A DNA stretch of 64,000 bases. Origin: an uncultured Planctomycetota bacterium (lineage in GTDB: Bacteria > Planctomycetota > Planctomycetia > Isosphaerales > Isosphaeraceae). The stretch is taken from contig CAWJTV010000005.1 of NCBI GenBank assembly GCA_963845755.1, positions 608,001 to 672,000 on the forward strand. Reading direction: 5' to 3'. The first letter of the stretch is position 1, and each line of letters starts with the position of its first letter. The translations under genes were made by a program, and so were the position numbers. Below, piece by piece: positions 23,607 to 33,938 of this stretch. The notes under the pieces were generated by a model. That model searched no databases, was not told where the DNA came from, and saw nothing but the letters and a program-made list of their open reading frames with translations.

Positions 23607-24579
23607 ATGCACAGGCGTCAGGTCTTACGGATGGGCTTGGGGATCACAGGTGCGATGATCGCGAACGTGAGCTCGCGGGGCGATGAACCCCCCGATGATT
23701 CCGACCCCGCCCCGCTCCTTGCGAAGATCGGTCCGACACTCAGCAAGATTCCGATCCAGGTCGCCCACATCGCCGACGGCCTCGACCTGATCCAGGGTCC
23801 TGGCGGCAACATCGCCGTGCTGCGCGGTGCGGACAGTCTCTTGTTGGTCAACGCAGGGATCCCCGCGGGGACCGGAAGTTCTGGAGAAGGCCAAGGAGAT
23901 CGGCGGCAAGCCGGTGTCGGTGCTCGTCAATACGCACTGGCACTTCGACCACGCGGGCGGCAACGAGGTCTTCGGCCATGCCGGGGCCGTCATCATCGCG
24001 ACCGACGCGACACGCAAGCGCCTGTCAACCGATCAGTATACCGAGGTGTTCAAGATGACGACCCCGGCATCGCCCGCGGTTGCCCTTCCCTCGTTGACGT
24101 TCGACGAGGCCACGCTGCACGTTGGCGACGAGACGATCCATCTGTTTGCCGTCCCTCCTGCGCATACGGATGGCGACCTTGTCGTCCACTTCACGTCGCG
24201 CGACGTGATCCATACCGGCGATCTCTTCTCCAATGGCTTCTATCCCAACATCGACGCTTCGAGTCGTGGGTGGATCGGTGGCATGATCGCCGCGGCGGAT
24301 CGCGTGCTCAAGCTCGCCGGGCCGGATACGAAGATCATTCCCGGGCACGGGCCGGTTGGCAACAGGGAGAACCTTGCAGCCTTTCGCAAGATGCTCGTCA
24401 CGATCCACGATCGACTCTCGCCGATGCTCGATGCCGGCAAGACCATCATAGAGGCCATCGACGCCAAGCCGACAAAAGATCTTGACGCCACATGGGCCAA
24501 GGGCTTCTTCAACGGAGGGATCTTCACTCGGATCGCCTACGACGGGATGTTGAAGCACCGCGTGCTCGGCCCGAAGTGA
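23607..24579 (+). CDS. Metallo-beta-lactamase fold hydrolase (cyclase-like), Tat signal, frameshift at ~23865
   Basis: MHRRQVL, NTHWHFDHAGGN, AHTDGD, HTGDL and IPGHG motifs. Confidence 0.88.
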
Positions 24580-24625
24580 TCGCGCGCCTTGATTGCGCGG
24601 GACCAAGATTTCCGAGTAACTTGAG

Positions 24626-24689
24626 ATTGGGTGACGTCGTATCCAGCGATCGGCCCCATAATGCCGGGCACTGGACGACGCCACCCGAT
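24626..24689. terminator. Long imperfect hairpin between convergent genes
   Basis: ATTGGGTGACGTCGTATCCAG pairs with CTGGACGACGCCACCCGAT, with an inner CGGC/GCCG stem; no U-tract. Confidence 0.35.
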
Positions 24690-24815
24690 TTTCGTCCGTT
24701 GTCTCGGGACCTCGCGAGCGACCGGCCCATGGCGGTTCGATCCCGGCCGTCCTTCGGGCCAGGCCGGTCGGTCGCGTTGGCAGGATTACGCGGTCACGGA
24801 GGAGGAGCGGGAAGA

Positions 24816-25745
24816 TTACCGCGTCGTGTTTCGCTGGCGCATGCGTAGCAGCAGTTCCTGGATGGCCTTGGGCGAGCTGATCACCACCAAGCCGTCCTTG
24901 ATCGTGTAGGTCAGGCGAAGCTGCCTGAGGAGCAAACGGAGCGTCGTCTTGAGTGGCACGCCCTCGAGGTCGATCGAGATCGTCGAGGCGAGAGTCATTC
25001 CGACCTCCTGGAGCCCGAAGGCGTCGACCACGAAGGCGATGCCGGGATCGGTGGGGTTTGTGGTCGCCTGGGTGACGTACTTCAGAAGATCCTCCAGCGG
25101 CGTCTCGTTGGCGAACGACATCGAGATCGGCTCGTCGAGCCTGGCCAATACCGACTTCGTACTCGGTGTGTGCAGCCTGGGCAAGGTCACCGCGTCCTCC
25201 TGCTCCCTTACGATCCCAGAGGGCGAGCTGATGATCAGCACGCCATCCTTCACGGCGTACTCCAGGCCGAGCTGGGCGAGCACCTGGGCCAGGGCATCCT
25301 TCAACGGAATGCTCTCCGCGTTGATCGTGATGGTCAACAGCAGCGTCTTCTCGGCATCCTGCAGTCCGACCGGATCGAGGTAGATCGGAACCCCATTGGG
25401 GAACGGATCGTTGCTGGTGACCTGTTTGATGGATTTCAACACGTCATCGAGCGCGGTCGGTTTGCGAAATACGATGGAGACGGGCTTCTCGAGAGCAGCC
25501 TTGAGAGCGCGGATCCGGGGCAAGTCGGGGGTCGTAGGCGAAGTGTCTGCCCGTCTCTCCTGCGTCAACCCAACGGTACAGGTCGCGAGCGCGAGGGCTG
25601 CCCCGATTACAAACGTGGCCGCGGCCGACATCTTCAGCTTGATGAGGATCATGGCTTTCGATGCCTCTTTCCAGAGAGTCGAGATCACGCCCTGGAATGC
25701 CCCGGGCCGGACGACCACGCTCGCCGCGAGTGGAACTGCCCCCAA
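24816..25745 (-). CDS. Membrane-anchored protein with two tandem STN/secretin N0-like domains; start 25745 or 25652
   Basis: Two ~95-aa repeats (LEKPVSIVF...IPLKDAL...YAVKDGVLIISSP and LDEPISMSF...VPLKTTL...YTIKDGLVVISSP) after a TM helix. Confidence 0.75.
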   Translation of the reverse strand: MGAVPLAASVVVRPGAFQGVISTLWKEASKAMILIKLKMSAAATFVIGAALALATCTVGLTQERRADTSPTTPDLPRIRALKAALEKPVSIVFRKPTALDDVLKSIKQVTSNDPFPNGVPIYLDPVGLQDAEKTLLLTITINAESIPLKDALAQVLAQLGLEYAVKDGVLIISSPSGIVREQEDAVTLPRLHTPSTKSVLARLDEPISMSFANETPLEDLLKYVTQATTNPTDPGIAFVVDAFGLQEVGMTLASTISIDLEGVPLKTTLRLLLRQLRLTYTIKDGLVVISSPKAIQELLLRMRQRNTTR

Positions 25746-25937
25746 AGCGACTGTCGAACCCCTCCGCGGATCGCGGAGGATCCGCGGGGTTCGCCGCGAA
25801 AGCGTCTTCGATCTGACTGATTATAGGTGGTTGGCGAAACCTGGACAAGCGCACCGCGCATGGAACAGGAGTGTTACGCCGCAGCGAGTCATCGGCCTCC
25901 TGCGACGCCTCGCGATCATCATGGTCGTCGCCGCCAC

Positions 25938-28109
25938 TCACGAATGTGGGGTGTCGCTCCGGAGTCGAGGCCGGTTCACGAGCGATTCGAAGTTCGGCGC
26001 GGACTCCTCGAAGCGATGGAATACGGTCCGGTGCGGGTAGGGGATCTCGATGCCGAGATCGTCGAACTTGGCTTTGATTCGGCGGAGCAGCTCGCGCTTG
26101 ACCGTCCATTGCTGCAAAGGGCGGGTCTTGATGTAGAACTTGATGATCACCGCCGAGTCGGCCAGCGCATCGACGCCGAGCATCGTGAGCGGTTCGAGGA
26201 TCACCGCCGAATAGGGGGGCTCTTTGCGAATCTGCTCTCCGAGCTCGTTGATGACCGCCATCACGCGATCGACGTCCTCCTTGTAGGCCACGCCCACGTC
26301 GAACAAGGCGCACGACCAGCCGTGCGTCATGTTCGTCACGGTCGTCACCTGTCCATTAGGAACGAAATGGACGTTCCCTTCCAGGTCCCGCAGTACCGTC
26401 ATGCGCAATGTGATCTGCTCGACCTGGCCCGAGATGTCGCCGATCTTGACCACGTCATTGAGCTTGTACTGGTTCTCCAGGAGGATGACGAATCCGTAGA
26501 AATAGTCGCGGATCAGATTCTGTGCGCCGAACGCGACCGCCAAGCCGAAGACCGCCGCACCGCCGAGCAACGGAGCGATTGGAATGCCCGCCTCCTGGAG
26601 AACCATCAAGATTCCCCCGCCGGTGATGGCGACCGACAGCGCATTGTGGAAGACACTGACGAGCGTATTCGCGCGGGCCTCGCGCTCCTCGCTCGTACCC
26701 GTGCCGCGGTGGCCGGCACGCACCATCACATGAACGAAGCGGTGACTGAGCTGCCTGGTCATCCAATGCAAGGAAAGCATCGCCAGGATCACTGCCAAAA
26801 TCTTGGGTCCGTGGTCGATCGTCCAGATGACCACGTTGCGCGGCGCGAACGGGTTCTGAAGGTCACGGACCTTCGCCAGGGCGGCTTCCGACTCGTGCTC
26901 TTTCGTCTCCGCCGTCTTCCTGGCTTCCCGCTCCTGGGTCAAGAGTGATGCGCGCTGGGATTGCAGCCGGTCGAGCTCATCGGTGCGCTTGCGGACTTCG
27001 GCGCGATGCTTGAGGAACTCGGTCTCGGCCTCGCGCATCTTCTTGACCAGCGGCTCGAGCTTCTCAGGGGGAGTCCCCGCAATCGTTCGCGCCTGGAGGA
27101 GATCGGCGAGCGTCTTGTGCGTCTCGTTCGCGTTATCGGAGAGCTTGTGAGTGGTTTCGAGCGCCTTCTGTTGCAAGGCGATGCTCCTGTTCAGGACCTC
27201 CAGACGCTCGGCGAGGGACAGGTCCTCTTTCTCGGCCTCCCTGGCGGCCTGGGCCTTCGCGTCCGCTTCTTCTTCGGCCTTCAGGAGTTCCTTGTTTCCG
27301 GTCTTCATCTCGGGAGCCGGCGAGGATGTTACAAGGTCCGATTTCGGGTGAACGGTTGCGGACGATTGAGGCGCAGGCAGTCCCACGGCGGGCGACTTCG
27401 CCGGGAGACCTTCCGCCGGCTTCGAGGTAACTGGCAGTGCGAGAACCCCCGATGGCTGAACGGACGCGGGCAGGGCCGAAGTTACTGGCATCGTACTCGC
27501 TCCGGCTCTGCCTGGCTCGGGCTTCGCTGTGAGGACGGTCCGGCCGGTCAGGATGTCGAGCGCGGCACGGTCGCGACCGACCTTGTCTTCCAGAGTCGCG
27601 ACTTGAAGGTTGAGCGTCTTCCGCTCGTCGATCTCGAGCTCGGAGCGATTCTTGGCGAGCGTCCACATCTTCTTCAGGTTGACGACCTTGCTCTCGAGGA
27701 CCTTGGCCTCTGCTGTCCTTCCGAGTCGGTCCAGTGCCGCTTTCGCTTTCTTCCGTTCTTCCAGGAGCTTGTCGATCCGATCGAACTCCGCGAGCGCCCT
27801 GGCGTACTCGCTCTCAGGATCCTTCAACTCGGTCCTCAGGTCCGCGAGCTCCTGTTCCTCCGATTGAATCGTCCGTTCCAACTGGGCGATCTGCTGGGCT
27901 ACTGAGAGCGGAGAGACCTCTTGATCGCCGAGCTGGACCTGCTTCACGGCGTCGTTCGAGCTCGATCGACTCTGTTCGGCCTGCGGTACCGCCGGAAACT
28001 GTTCCTCCAGCGTCACTTCCCATTCCGCGGATCCATCATCCGCCCGCATCGGGACTGACGGAACTCCCAGCGCCAACGCCAGGAGGAGGGCCGAATTGAG
28101 GTTCAACAT
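25938..28109 (-). CDS. MscS-family mechanosensitive channel with long N-terminal coiled-coil region
   Basis: GLAVAFGAQNLIRD, GQVEQITLRMT and VPNG motifs; signal peptide; GGAGG RBS. Confidence 0.9.
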   Translation of the reverse strand: MLNLNSALLLALALGVPSVPMRADDGSAEWEVTLEEQFPAVPQAEQSRSSSNDAVKQVQLGDQEVSPLSVAQQIAQLERTIQSEEQELADLRTELKDPESEYARALAEFDRIDKLLEERKKAKAALDRLGRTAEAKVLESKVVNLKKMWTLAKNRSELEIDERKTLNLQVATLEDKVGRDRAALDILTGRTVLTAKPEPGRAGASTMPVTSALPASVQPSGVLALPVTSKPAEGLPAKSPAVGLPAPQSSATVHPKSDLVTSSPAPEMKTGNKELLKAEEEADAKAQAAREAEKEDLSLAERLEVLNRSIALQQKALETTHKLSDNANETHKTLADLLQARTIAGTPPEKLEPLVKKMREAETEFLKHRAEVRKRTDELDRLQSQRASLLTQEREARKTAETKEHESEAALAKVRDLQNPFAPRNVVIWTIDHGPKILAVILAMLSLHWMTRQLSHRFVHVMVRAGHRGTGTSEEREARANTLVSVFHNALSVAITGGGILMVLQEAGIPIAPLLGGAAVFGLAVAFGAQNLIRDYFYGFVILLENQYKLNDVVKIGDISGQVEQITLRMTVLRDLEGNVHFVPNGQVTTVTNMTHGWSCALFDVGVAYKEDVDRVMAVINELGEQIRKEPPYSAVILEPLTMLGVDALADSAVIIKFYIKTRPLQQWTVKRELLRRIKAKFDDLGIEIPYPHRTVFHRFEESAPNFESLVNRPRLRSDTPHS

Positions 28110-28280
28110 GGTAACCTCCTTTCTCAGAATGAGTTCGCGGAAGATGCCAGCTCGACCTCAAGGGCAACACCGGCGTCCTCTCGCAAGAGCCACGTTCGCC
28201 TCTCGCGAAGACCGTGCCGATCCTCGATGATCGGGAGACCGGTGTCTCGAAGACGTTGTGCGTTAATGGGATCGTGGCGG

Positions 28281-30105
28281 TTATCTCGGGGACCGATCCG
28301 CCGATCTGTGGACATCGACAAGATGTCCTGTGTGCCGATCGTCGAGGGATGAGGTCAGCGATCCTCCGGTGTTCTCTAACTGAAGGAGATCGGCCGTACG
28401 GTAGATGGCGATCGTCGCATCGTCGGTGAAGCGGACTGGCTCGACGCCGTTCAACGGGAGGAATAACCCGCGCGGACCATAAGGACCCCACTGGAGCGAC
28501 GCCGAGACGGCGAGATAGTTCGTCCGAGGGGCGAGGTCGATGGGGAGATGTACATTCGCGTTCGCCGCGCGCACCGTGTAGCTTTGGCCGGCGACTCCGT
28601 AAAGGGCCGGATCATTGTCTCCGAAGTAGTAGAACGTCAGGTCACGGTACTCGGGGTATGTCTGCTGAAGGCGAGCCATCGATTTCAGACCTTGTCCCCA
28701 GTCCAGGTTCGAGTCGGAGAGGATGTGACGGCCGCCGATCGGGCCACCGGCAAGTGCGTTGAAATAGGACAGCTCGTACGGATGGATCGATGCGATGGCC
28801 ACCGCCTGGGCGACCACGCCCGCATACGCCAGTCGACGGGGCCACTTCGTGCTTTCCGCGAGCCCGGAGATCCAGACGATCGCCAACGGTGCAATCGGCA
28901 GCAGGTAGCGGAACCCGAGGTTGCGCGTCGAGCCGAACGAGGCGACGATGAGGTACGCGACTGCCGCCACCGGTAGGACCCAATCGCGTCCCGAGGATCG
29001 GACACGTCGGGCGAATGCCGCACGCGCGGCGAGGACCAGCCAGAACGTCAGCGGGACCTTCACCGCCAGTGCCACGAGGAAGTAATAGCGCCAGCCCGTA
29101 TCGCGCAGCTCGCCGAGCAGGTAGCCCGTCGCACCGGAACGTTGCATGATCGCCTGCCGGCCGAAACCGACCCAGTCTTGCGGGAACGATGACTCGGCAA
29201 TGCGCTCGAGCAGGCCGCCGATCGTCGGGCCAAACTTGCCGTCGAAACTCGGATGGGCGCCGGTCCGAGGGCTCATCGGCAACATGGCGCCACCCGTAAT
29301 GAGGACATCCGACATGGCCATGACCGCGGTGAAACTCAGGATGCCCGCAGCCACGGTCATAACCAGACGAACGGGGCGACGGTCGCCGTCTCGCCAGCGG
29401 GCGAGGCACCAGAGCATTGCGAAGATCGGAGGGGCGACGACTGCGGTGAACTTGCAGGAGAACGCCAGACCGCCCAGGATCGCCGAGGCGACGAAGGCGC
29501 GGCGATCACCGGTCCGAAGGAAGACCCAGAACAGGAGCGTCATGCCGGTCATCGCCGCGATGATCGGGGTCTCCATGGTGATCAGGGGGCCGTGCGCCAG
29601 GATGTTTGGGCTCAGGGCGAACCACCATGCCGCCAGGACCATCGCGCAGGGGACCGTACAGCCGCCGGCTCCAGTAAACCACCAGGGCCAATGCCACCAG
29701 CCAGACCCAGAGTGCCGCCAGTCGTGCCAGCGGCAACAAGATCACCTCGAATTTCTCGGGATGGTCGATCCACTCGCCGAATCCGATCTGGTCCAGCGTC
29801 CAGAGCATCGGAGCCTGCTGGAGCTTCCAGAACGTGAGCGGCGAGCCGGCGCGCGTGATCCGGACCTGATCGCCGGTCCGCCACCAGTGCGAGGCGACCG
29901 AGAGATACATCACCTCGTCGTAGGTCGCCGAGCTCTTCATGAGCGAGTCGGCCATCAGGACCAGGCCCGTCGCGGCCGCCAGGACGACCAGAATGGCTCG
30001 GGACAGTCGGCCGGTTTGTGAGGCGGGAGTGGAGGGAGGTGGAGGTGGCGAATTGAGATGTCCGGATTGATCGATCACGTTCGGCTGCGGATCCGTCCGC
30101 GTCAT
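28281..30105 (-). CDS. GT-C fold glycosyltransferase (ArnT/PMT, family 39-like), frameshift at ~29645
   Basis: SATYDE, PNILAHG, KFTA, RYLLP, LSYFN and LSDSNLDWGQ motifs; many TM segments; AGGAG RBS. Confidence 0.85.
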
Positions 30106-30164
30106 GGTTGCACTCCTTTTGATGGTGGCTCGGTTTCCACGGGGCGATTGGCCGAAAGCGAACC

Positions 30165-30283
30165 GGGATTCTCGATCCCGAGTTAAGGGTCAGGGGTTTG
30201 GAGCTCCGAATTCAGAATACCATGATCCAAGATTCCGTGATTCACGATTCAAGAATCCGAGGGTCCGGATTTGAAGACTCCGA
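30165..30283. repeat. Degenerate GATTCNN heptamer array
   Basis: GAATTCA...GATCCAA GATTCCGT GATTCAC GATTCAA GAATCCG. Confidence 0.55.
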
Positions 30284-31331
30284 CGTCGTCACGAGGGCGA
30301 AGGATCGTCAAACCTTCGGATTGACTCCGTCTCAAATCGTTCACGATCCGGGCGATTGTAAGTGCGTCGCGGATCGTCGGGGCGAGCGCATGATCGCCGC
30401 GGACCAGCCGGTGGAACTGATCGTTGAGCACGTCGCCGACGGTGGGCTCCAAGGGGAGTCGCTCGTCGTGGATTCCGCCTGCACCGGACCACTGGATGCG
30501 CTCCGGCATCTCGAGAAAAGCCGCCCCGCGCTCGGCAAAGACCTGAAAGCCGGGAGCCGGCAAGAACCGGCTGGCCTCACCCCAGCAGATCCGGTGATAT
30601 CGCGCGAAGGAGACATGAGCCGTCGCACCTTCGGAAAACGTTGCGGTGAAACTCTCGAAGTCCGATTCCGGATCGGCGGGTCCGTCCGTCCGGATGACCT
30701 GACGCCGAAAGCCCTGCACCGATTCGGGCAATCCCTGAAAGATAAACCCGCACCAGTCGAGCAAATAGCTGCCCGGGTCGATCAGCAACGGTGCCGGAGT
30801 GATCTGGGTGGTCGGACCGGGAACTGCATATCGGTCGAAACCATAAAGGCGCGAGTGACCCAGGACCAGGCGAGGGGGTCCCAGTTGCGTCGCCAGCAAC
30901 TCTTTGAGCCGGAGACTCGCAGGATAGCAACGCCGGGCGAACTCCGGCATGAAGACAATCCCGCTGGATTCCACCAGCTTGACCAGCCCTTCCAGCTCCG
31001 TCAGGTCGTCGGAGAGCGGCAGGGCACAATACACCGGCTTCCCCGAGGCACACACCAACCGGATCGGATGCAGTCCGAACCACTGGCGCGAGAGGAGGTA
31101 GATCACATCGACGTCGGGTCGCTCGACCAGTCCCGAGAGCCCCTCACAGGCCGCACAATCGATCTGTTCCGCCTCGATCTCGGCGCGGCGGAAGACATGG
31201 TCGTAGACCGCCGTGACCCGGAATCGATCCGAGAGGCGTGCTAATGACGGCTTGTGCCGTGTCTCCCAGAGTCGAACCCAAGCCGATGACACCGACCCGG
31301 AGCCGAACATGACTCGCCCCGACCAAGCCAT
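30249..31331 (-). CDS. Gfo/Idh/MocA family oxidoreductase-like protein, N-terminal frameshifts
   Basis: [18 protein letters not shown] and GKPVYCALP motifs; GAGGAGG RBS. Confidence 0.8.
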   Translation of the reverse strand: MAWSGRVMFGSGSVSSAWVRLWETRHKPSLARLSDRFRVTAVYDHVFRRAEIEAEQIDCAACEGLSGLVERPDVDVIYLLSRQWFGLHPIRLVCASGKPVYCALPLSDDLTELEGLVKLVESSGIVFMPEFARRCYPASLRLKELLATQLGPPRLVLGHSRLYGFDRYAVPGPTTQITPAPLLIDPGSYLLDWCGFIFQGLPESVQGFRRQVIRTDGPADPESDFESFTATFSEGATAHVSFARYHRICWGEASRFLPAPGFQVFAERGAAFLEMPERIQWSGAGGIHDERLPLEPTVGDVLNDQFHRLVRGDHALAPTIRDALTIARIVNDLRRSQSEGLTILRPRDDVGVFKSGPSDS

Positions 31332-31587
31332 CCTCCTCGCGATCCTCGCTTCCGTCTCGCCCCTCATGGCTGCCTCCAGAAGCTTAACAACTGGTCGCAT
31401 TTTGAGCTACCCAAAACGTGTTTCGTCAGTAGTCATTGGGGGGAGAAGCGGTGGTTGCGAAAGGAACGACCCCGGATCCGCACCGACTGGGACGTTCCGG
31501 TATTCACGGAAGGGCCGGGCTTTCCGACAATTCCCCGGGTATGATAAACCCCAGACCACCGCAGATTCATCGTGTTGGAGCCCATCA

Positions 31588-32034
31588 ATGCGTGCCGTCT
31601 TGCAACGAGTGAGTCGGTCGTCGGTGGAGGTGGATGGCGCCTGTGTGGGTCGGATCGAGCACGGCTGGCTGGTGCTGCTCGGCGTCGAACGGGGCGATGG
31701 TGACGCGGATGCGGCGTGGATTGCCGACAAGGTGCTGAACGTCCGCGCGTTCGAGGACGATCAGGGGAAGATGAACCGGAGCGTCGGTGATGTGGGTGGG
31801 GGCATCCTGGTAGTCAGCCAGTTCACGTTGCTGGGTGATTGCCGGGGCGGCCGACGCCCCAGCTTCACGGCGGCGGCCGAGCCGGGAGTAGCGGAGCGGT
31901 TGTATCGGCATTGTGCGGAGGTGCTGGCACACTCGGGGCTGAACGTTGCGACCGGGGTCTTTCGCGCGATGATGAAGGTTGAGCTGGTCAACGACGGACC
32001 GGTCACGCTCCTTCTCGATAGTCGCAAACCGTGA
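31588..32034 (+). CDS. dtd: D-aminoacyl-tRNA deacylase
   Basis: [19 protein letters not shown] and NDGPVT motifs. Confidence 0.96.
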   Translation: MRAVLQRVSRSSVEVDGACVGRIEHGWLVLLGVERGDGDADAAWIADKVLNVRAFEDDQGKMNRSVGDVGGGILVVSQFTLLGDCRGGRRPSFTAAAEPGVAERLYRHCAEVLAHSGLNVATGVFRAMMKVELVNDGPVTLLLDSRKP

Positions 32035-32076
32035 GGACGGCCCGAGGCTGCGTCTCGGGTAGGGAGGGACTCTTCC

Positions 32077-33600
32077 ATGGGTACGACCGAGGGGCGGCGC
32101 TTGCTCTTGGGCCTGGATGTCGGGACGCAAAGTGTCCGGGCGGTCCTGGTCGATCTCAGCGGCCGCACCGTCGCCACGGGAGTCGAGCCGATCGAGACGA
32201 CCCATCGCAAGCCGGGCTGGGCGGAGCAAGAGCCGTTGGATTGGTGGCGGGCATCGGGTCATGCGGTCAATAAGGCCCTGTGCCGGGGCGGTGTGCCATC
32301 CGAGTTCGTGGTGGCGATGGGACTCGATTGCACGGCGTGCACGGTGGTCGCCTGCGGTGCCGATGGGAAGACCCTGGCCCGCGCCCTGCTCTGGATGGAT
32401 CAGCGGGCCCACGTCGAGGCCGCCGACATCAGCGCGACAGGCGATCCGGTCCTTCGGTACGTTTCGGGTCGCGTCTCACCGGAATGGATGCTGCCGAAGG
32501 CCCTCTGGCTCAAGCGGAACGAGCCCGACACCTACCATTCGGCGGATCACATTGTCGAGTGCACAGACTGGATGATGCATCAACTCACAGGCGAGTGGAC
32601 CTTGTCGCTGAATCACGTGGCCGTCAAATGGAACTACGCGCGGCCGGACGGTGGATGGCCGATCCGACTCCTCGAAACCGTGGGGCTGGCGGACCTGCCG
32701 GCAAAATGGCCGGAGCGGATCGTCCCCCTGGGTCGAGGCGAAGGGCGTCTCTGTCAGGACGCAGCTCTTGAGCTTGGCTTGAAGCCGGGGATCCCGGTCG
32801 CCCAGGGCGGCATCGACGCGTATCTCGGAATGCTCGGTCTTGGCGCGACCCAGGACGGGGACGTCGCGGTGATCATCGGGTCCAGCACATGTCACCTCGC
32901 GCAGACGCGAGACGGCATCTTCGGCTCGGGAGCCGGGGGCTGCTATCCCGACGCGACGGTCGAAGGACACTACACGCTGGAGGCCGGGCAGACGTCCACC
33001 GGTTCGATCCTCGACTGGTACAGCCGCCGCTTCGCCGGACACGAGCAGCGCGAGGCCGAGCAGCGGAACGTCCACCCCTTCCTCGTGCTGGACGAACGCG
33101 CCGCCGCGGTACCGCCGGGCTCCGACGGTGTGGTCGTTCGCGACGACTGGCAAGGGAATCGCTCTCCTTACAAGAATCCACAGGCGCGCGGCGCGATCAC
33201 CGGACTGACGCTGGCCCACGGTCCCGGCCACGTGTACCGCGCGATCTACGAGGCCACGGCCTGCGGCACTCGTCACATCCTCGAAGATGCGTCGGCGCAT
33301 GGCCTCGGCGTGGAACGGATCTTCATCGGGGGTGGCGGGGCGAAATCCGCCTTGTGGTTGCAGATCCACGCCGACATCCTCAAGAAACCCGTCCATCTGG
33401 CTCGAGAACCCGAGGCATGCGCGCTGGGGTCGGCAATGGCCGCGGCCGTCGCCGCCGGCATCTATGTGGATTTCGACGAGGCTGCACGTGCCATGGTGGC
33501 GATCGAGAAGATCGTCGAGCCCAACCCGGCGAACGAAAGCGTCTACGACGAACTGTTCGGACGGTACGTCAACCTCTATCGGCGGCTCCACGGAACTTGA
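32077..33600 (+). CDS. FGGY family carbohydrate kinase (ribulokinase/xylulokinase-like)
   Basis: GLDVGTQS, LWMDQRA, GGIDA, WQGNRSP and GGGAKS motifs. Confidence 0.92.
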   Translation: MGTTEGRRLLLGLDVGTQSVRAVLVDLSGRTVATGVEPIETTHRKPGWAEQEPLDWWRASGHAVNKALCRGGVPSEFVVAMGLDCTACTVVACGADGKTLARALLWMDQRAHVEAADISATGDPVLRYVSGRVSPEWMLPKALWLKRNEPDTYHSADHIVECTDWMMHQLTGEWTLSLNHVAVKWNYARPDGGWPIRLLETVGLADLPAKWPERIVPLGRGEGRLCQDAALELGLKPGIPVAQGGIDAYLGMLGLGATQDGDVAVIIGSSTCHLAQTRDGIFGSGAGGCYPDATVEGHYTLEAGQTSTGSILDWYSRRFAGHEQREAEQRNVHPFLVLDERAAAVPPGSDGVVVRDDWQGNRSPYKNPQARGAITGLTLAHGPGHVYRAIYEATACGTRHILEDASAHGLGVERIFIGGGGAKSALWLQIHADILKKPVHLAREPEACALGSAMAAAVAAGIYVDFDEAARAMVAIEKIVEPNPANESVYDELFGRYVNLYRRLHGT

Positions 33601-33938
33601 CGTCCGGCACGACCAATCGGCCTTCCAATTCTTTCACGCACGCAATGTTTCGAAATATTGACGCTGCTCTTGAAGATTCGCGTCCGGTTCGGTCGAGAAA
33701 ACGGATCTAGTGAGCGAAGGATCGACGACGTGGGTCGTTCCGTCCGAATCCGACGAGGGGTCCGCGACTCCATCCTGATGGACCTCGATTTCGAATCCTG
33801 ACGGTTTCTTTGTGCTGGATCCTCGGTCGGCCTCGTTCATGAGATGGTTCGACTCGGATCAAAGGAACTCGTGCCATGGAGCGGCCGATCCGGGGTGAAA
33901 AGCCATCCGATGCCGGCTCGCCACCACGGGGGACCACG

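Noticed and set aside
33634..33840. 68-aa minus-strand ORF between the FGGY kinase and redoxin genes
   Set aside because: No RBS or recognisable motif; cannot be supported from sequence alone.
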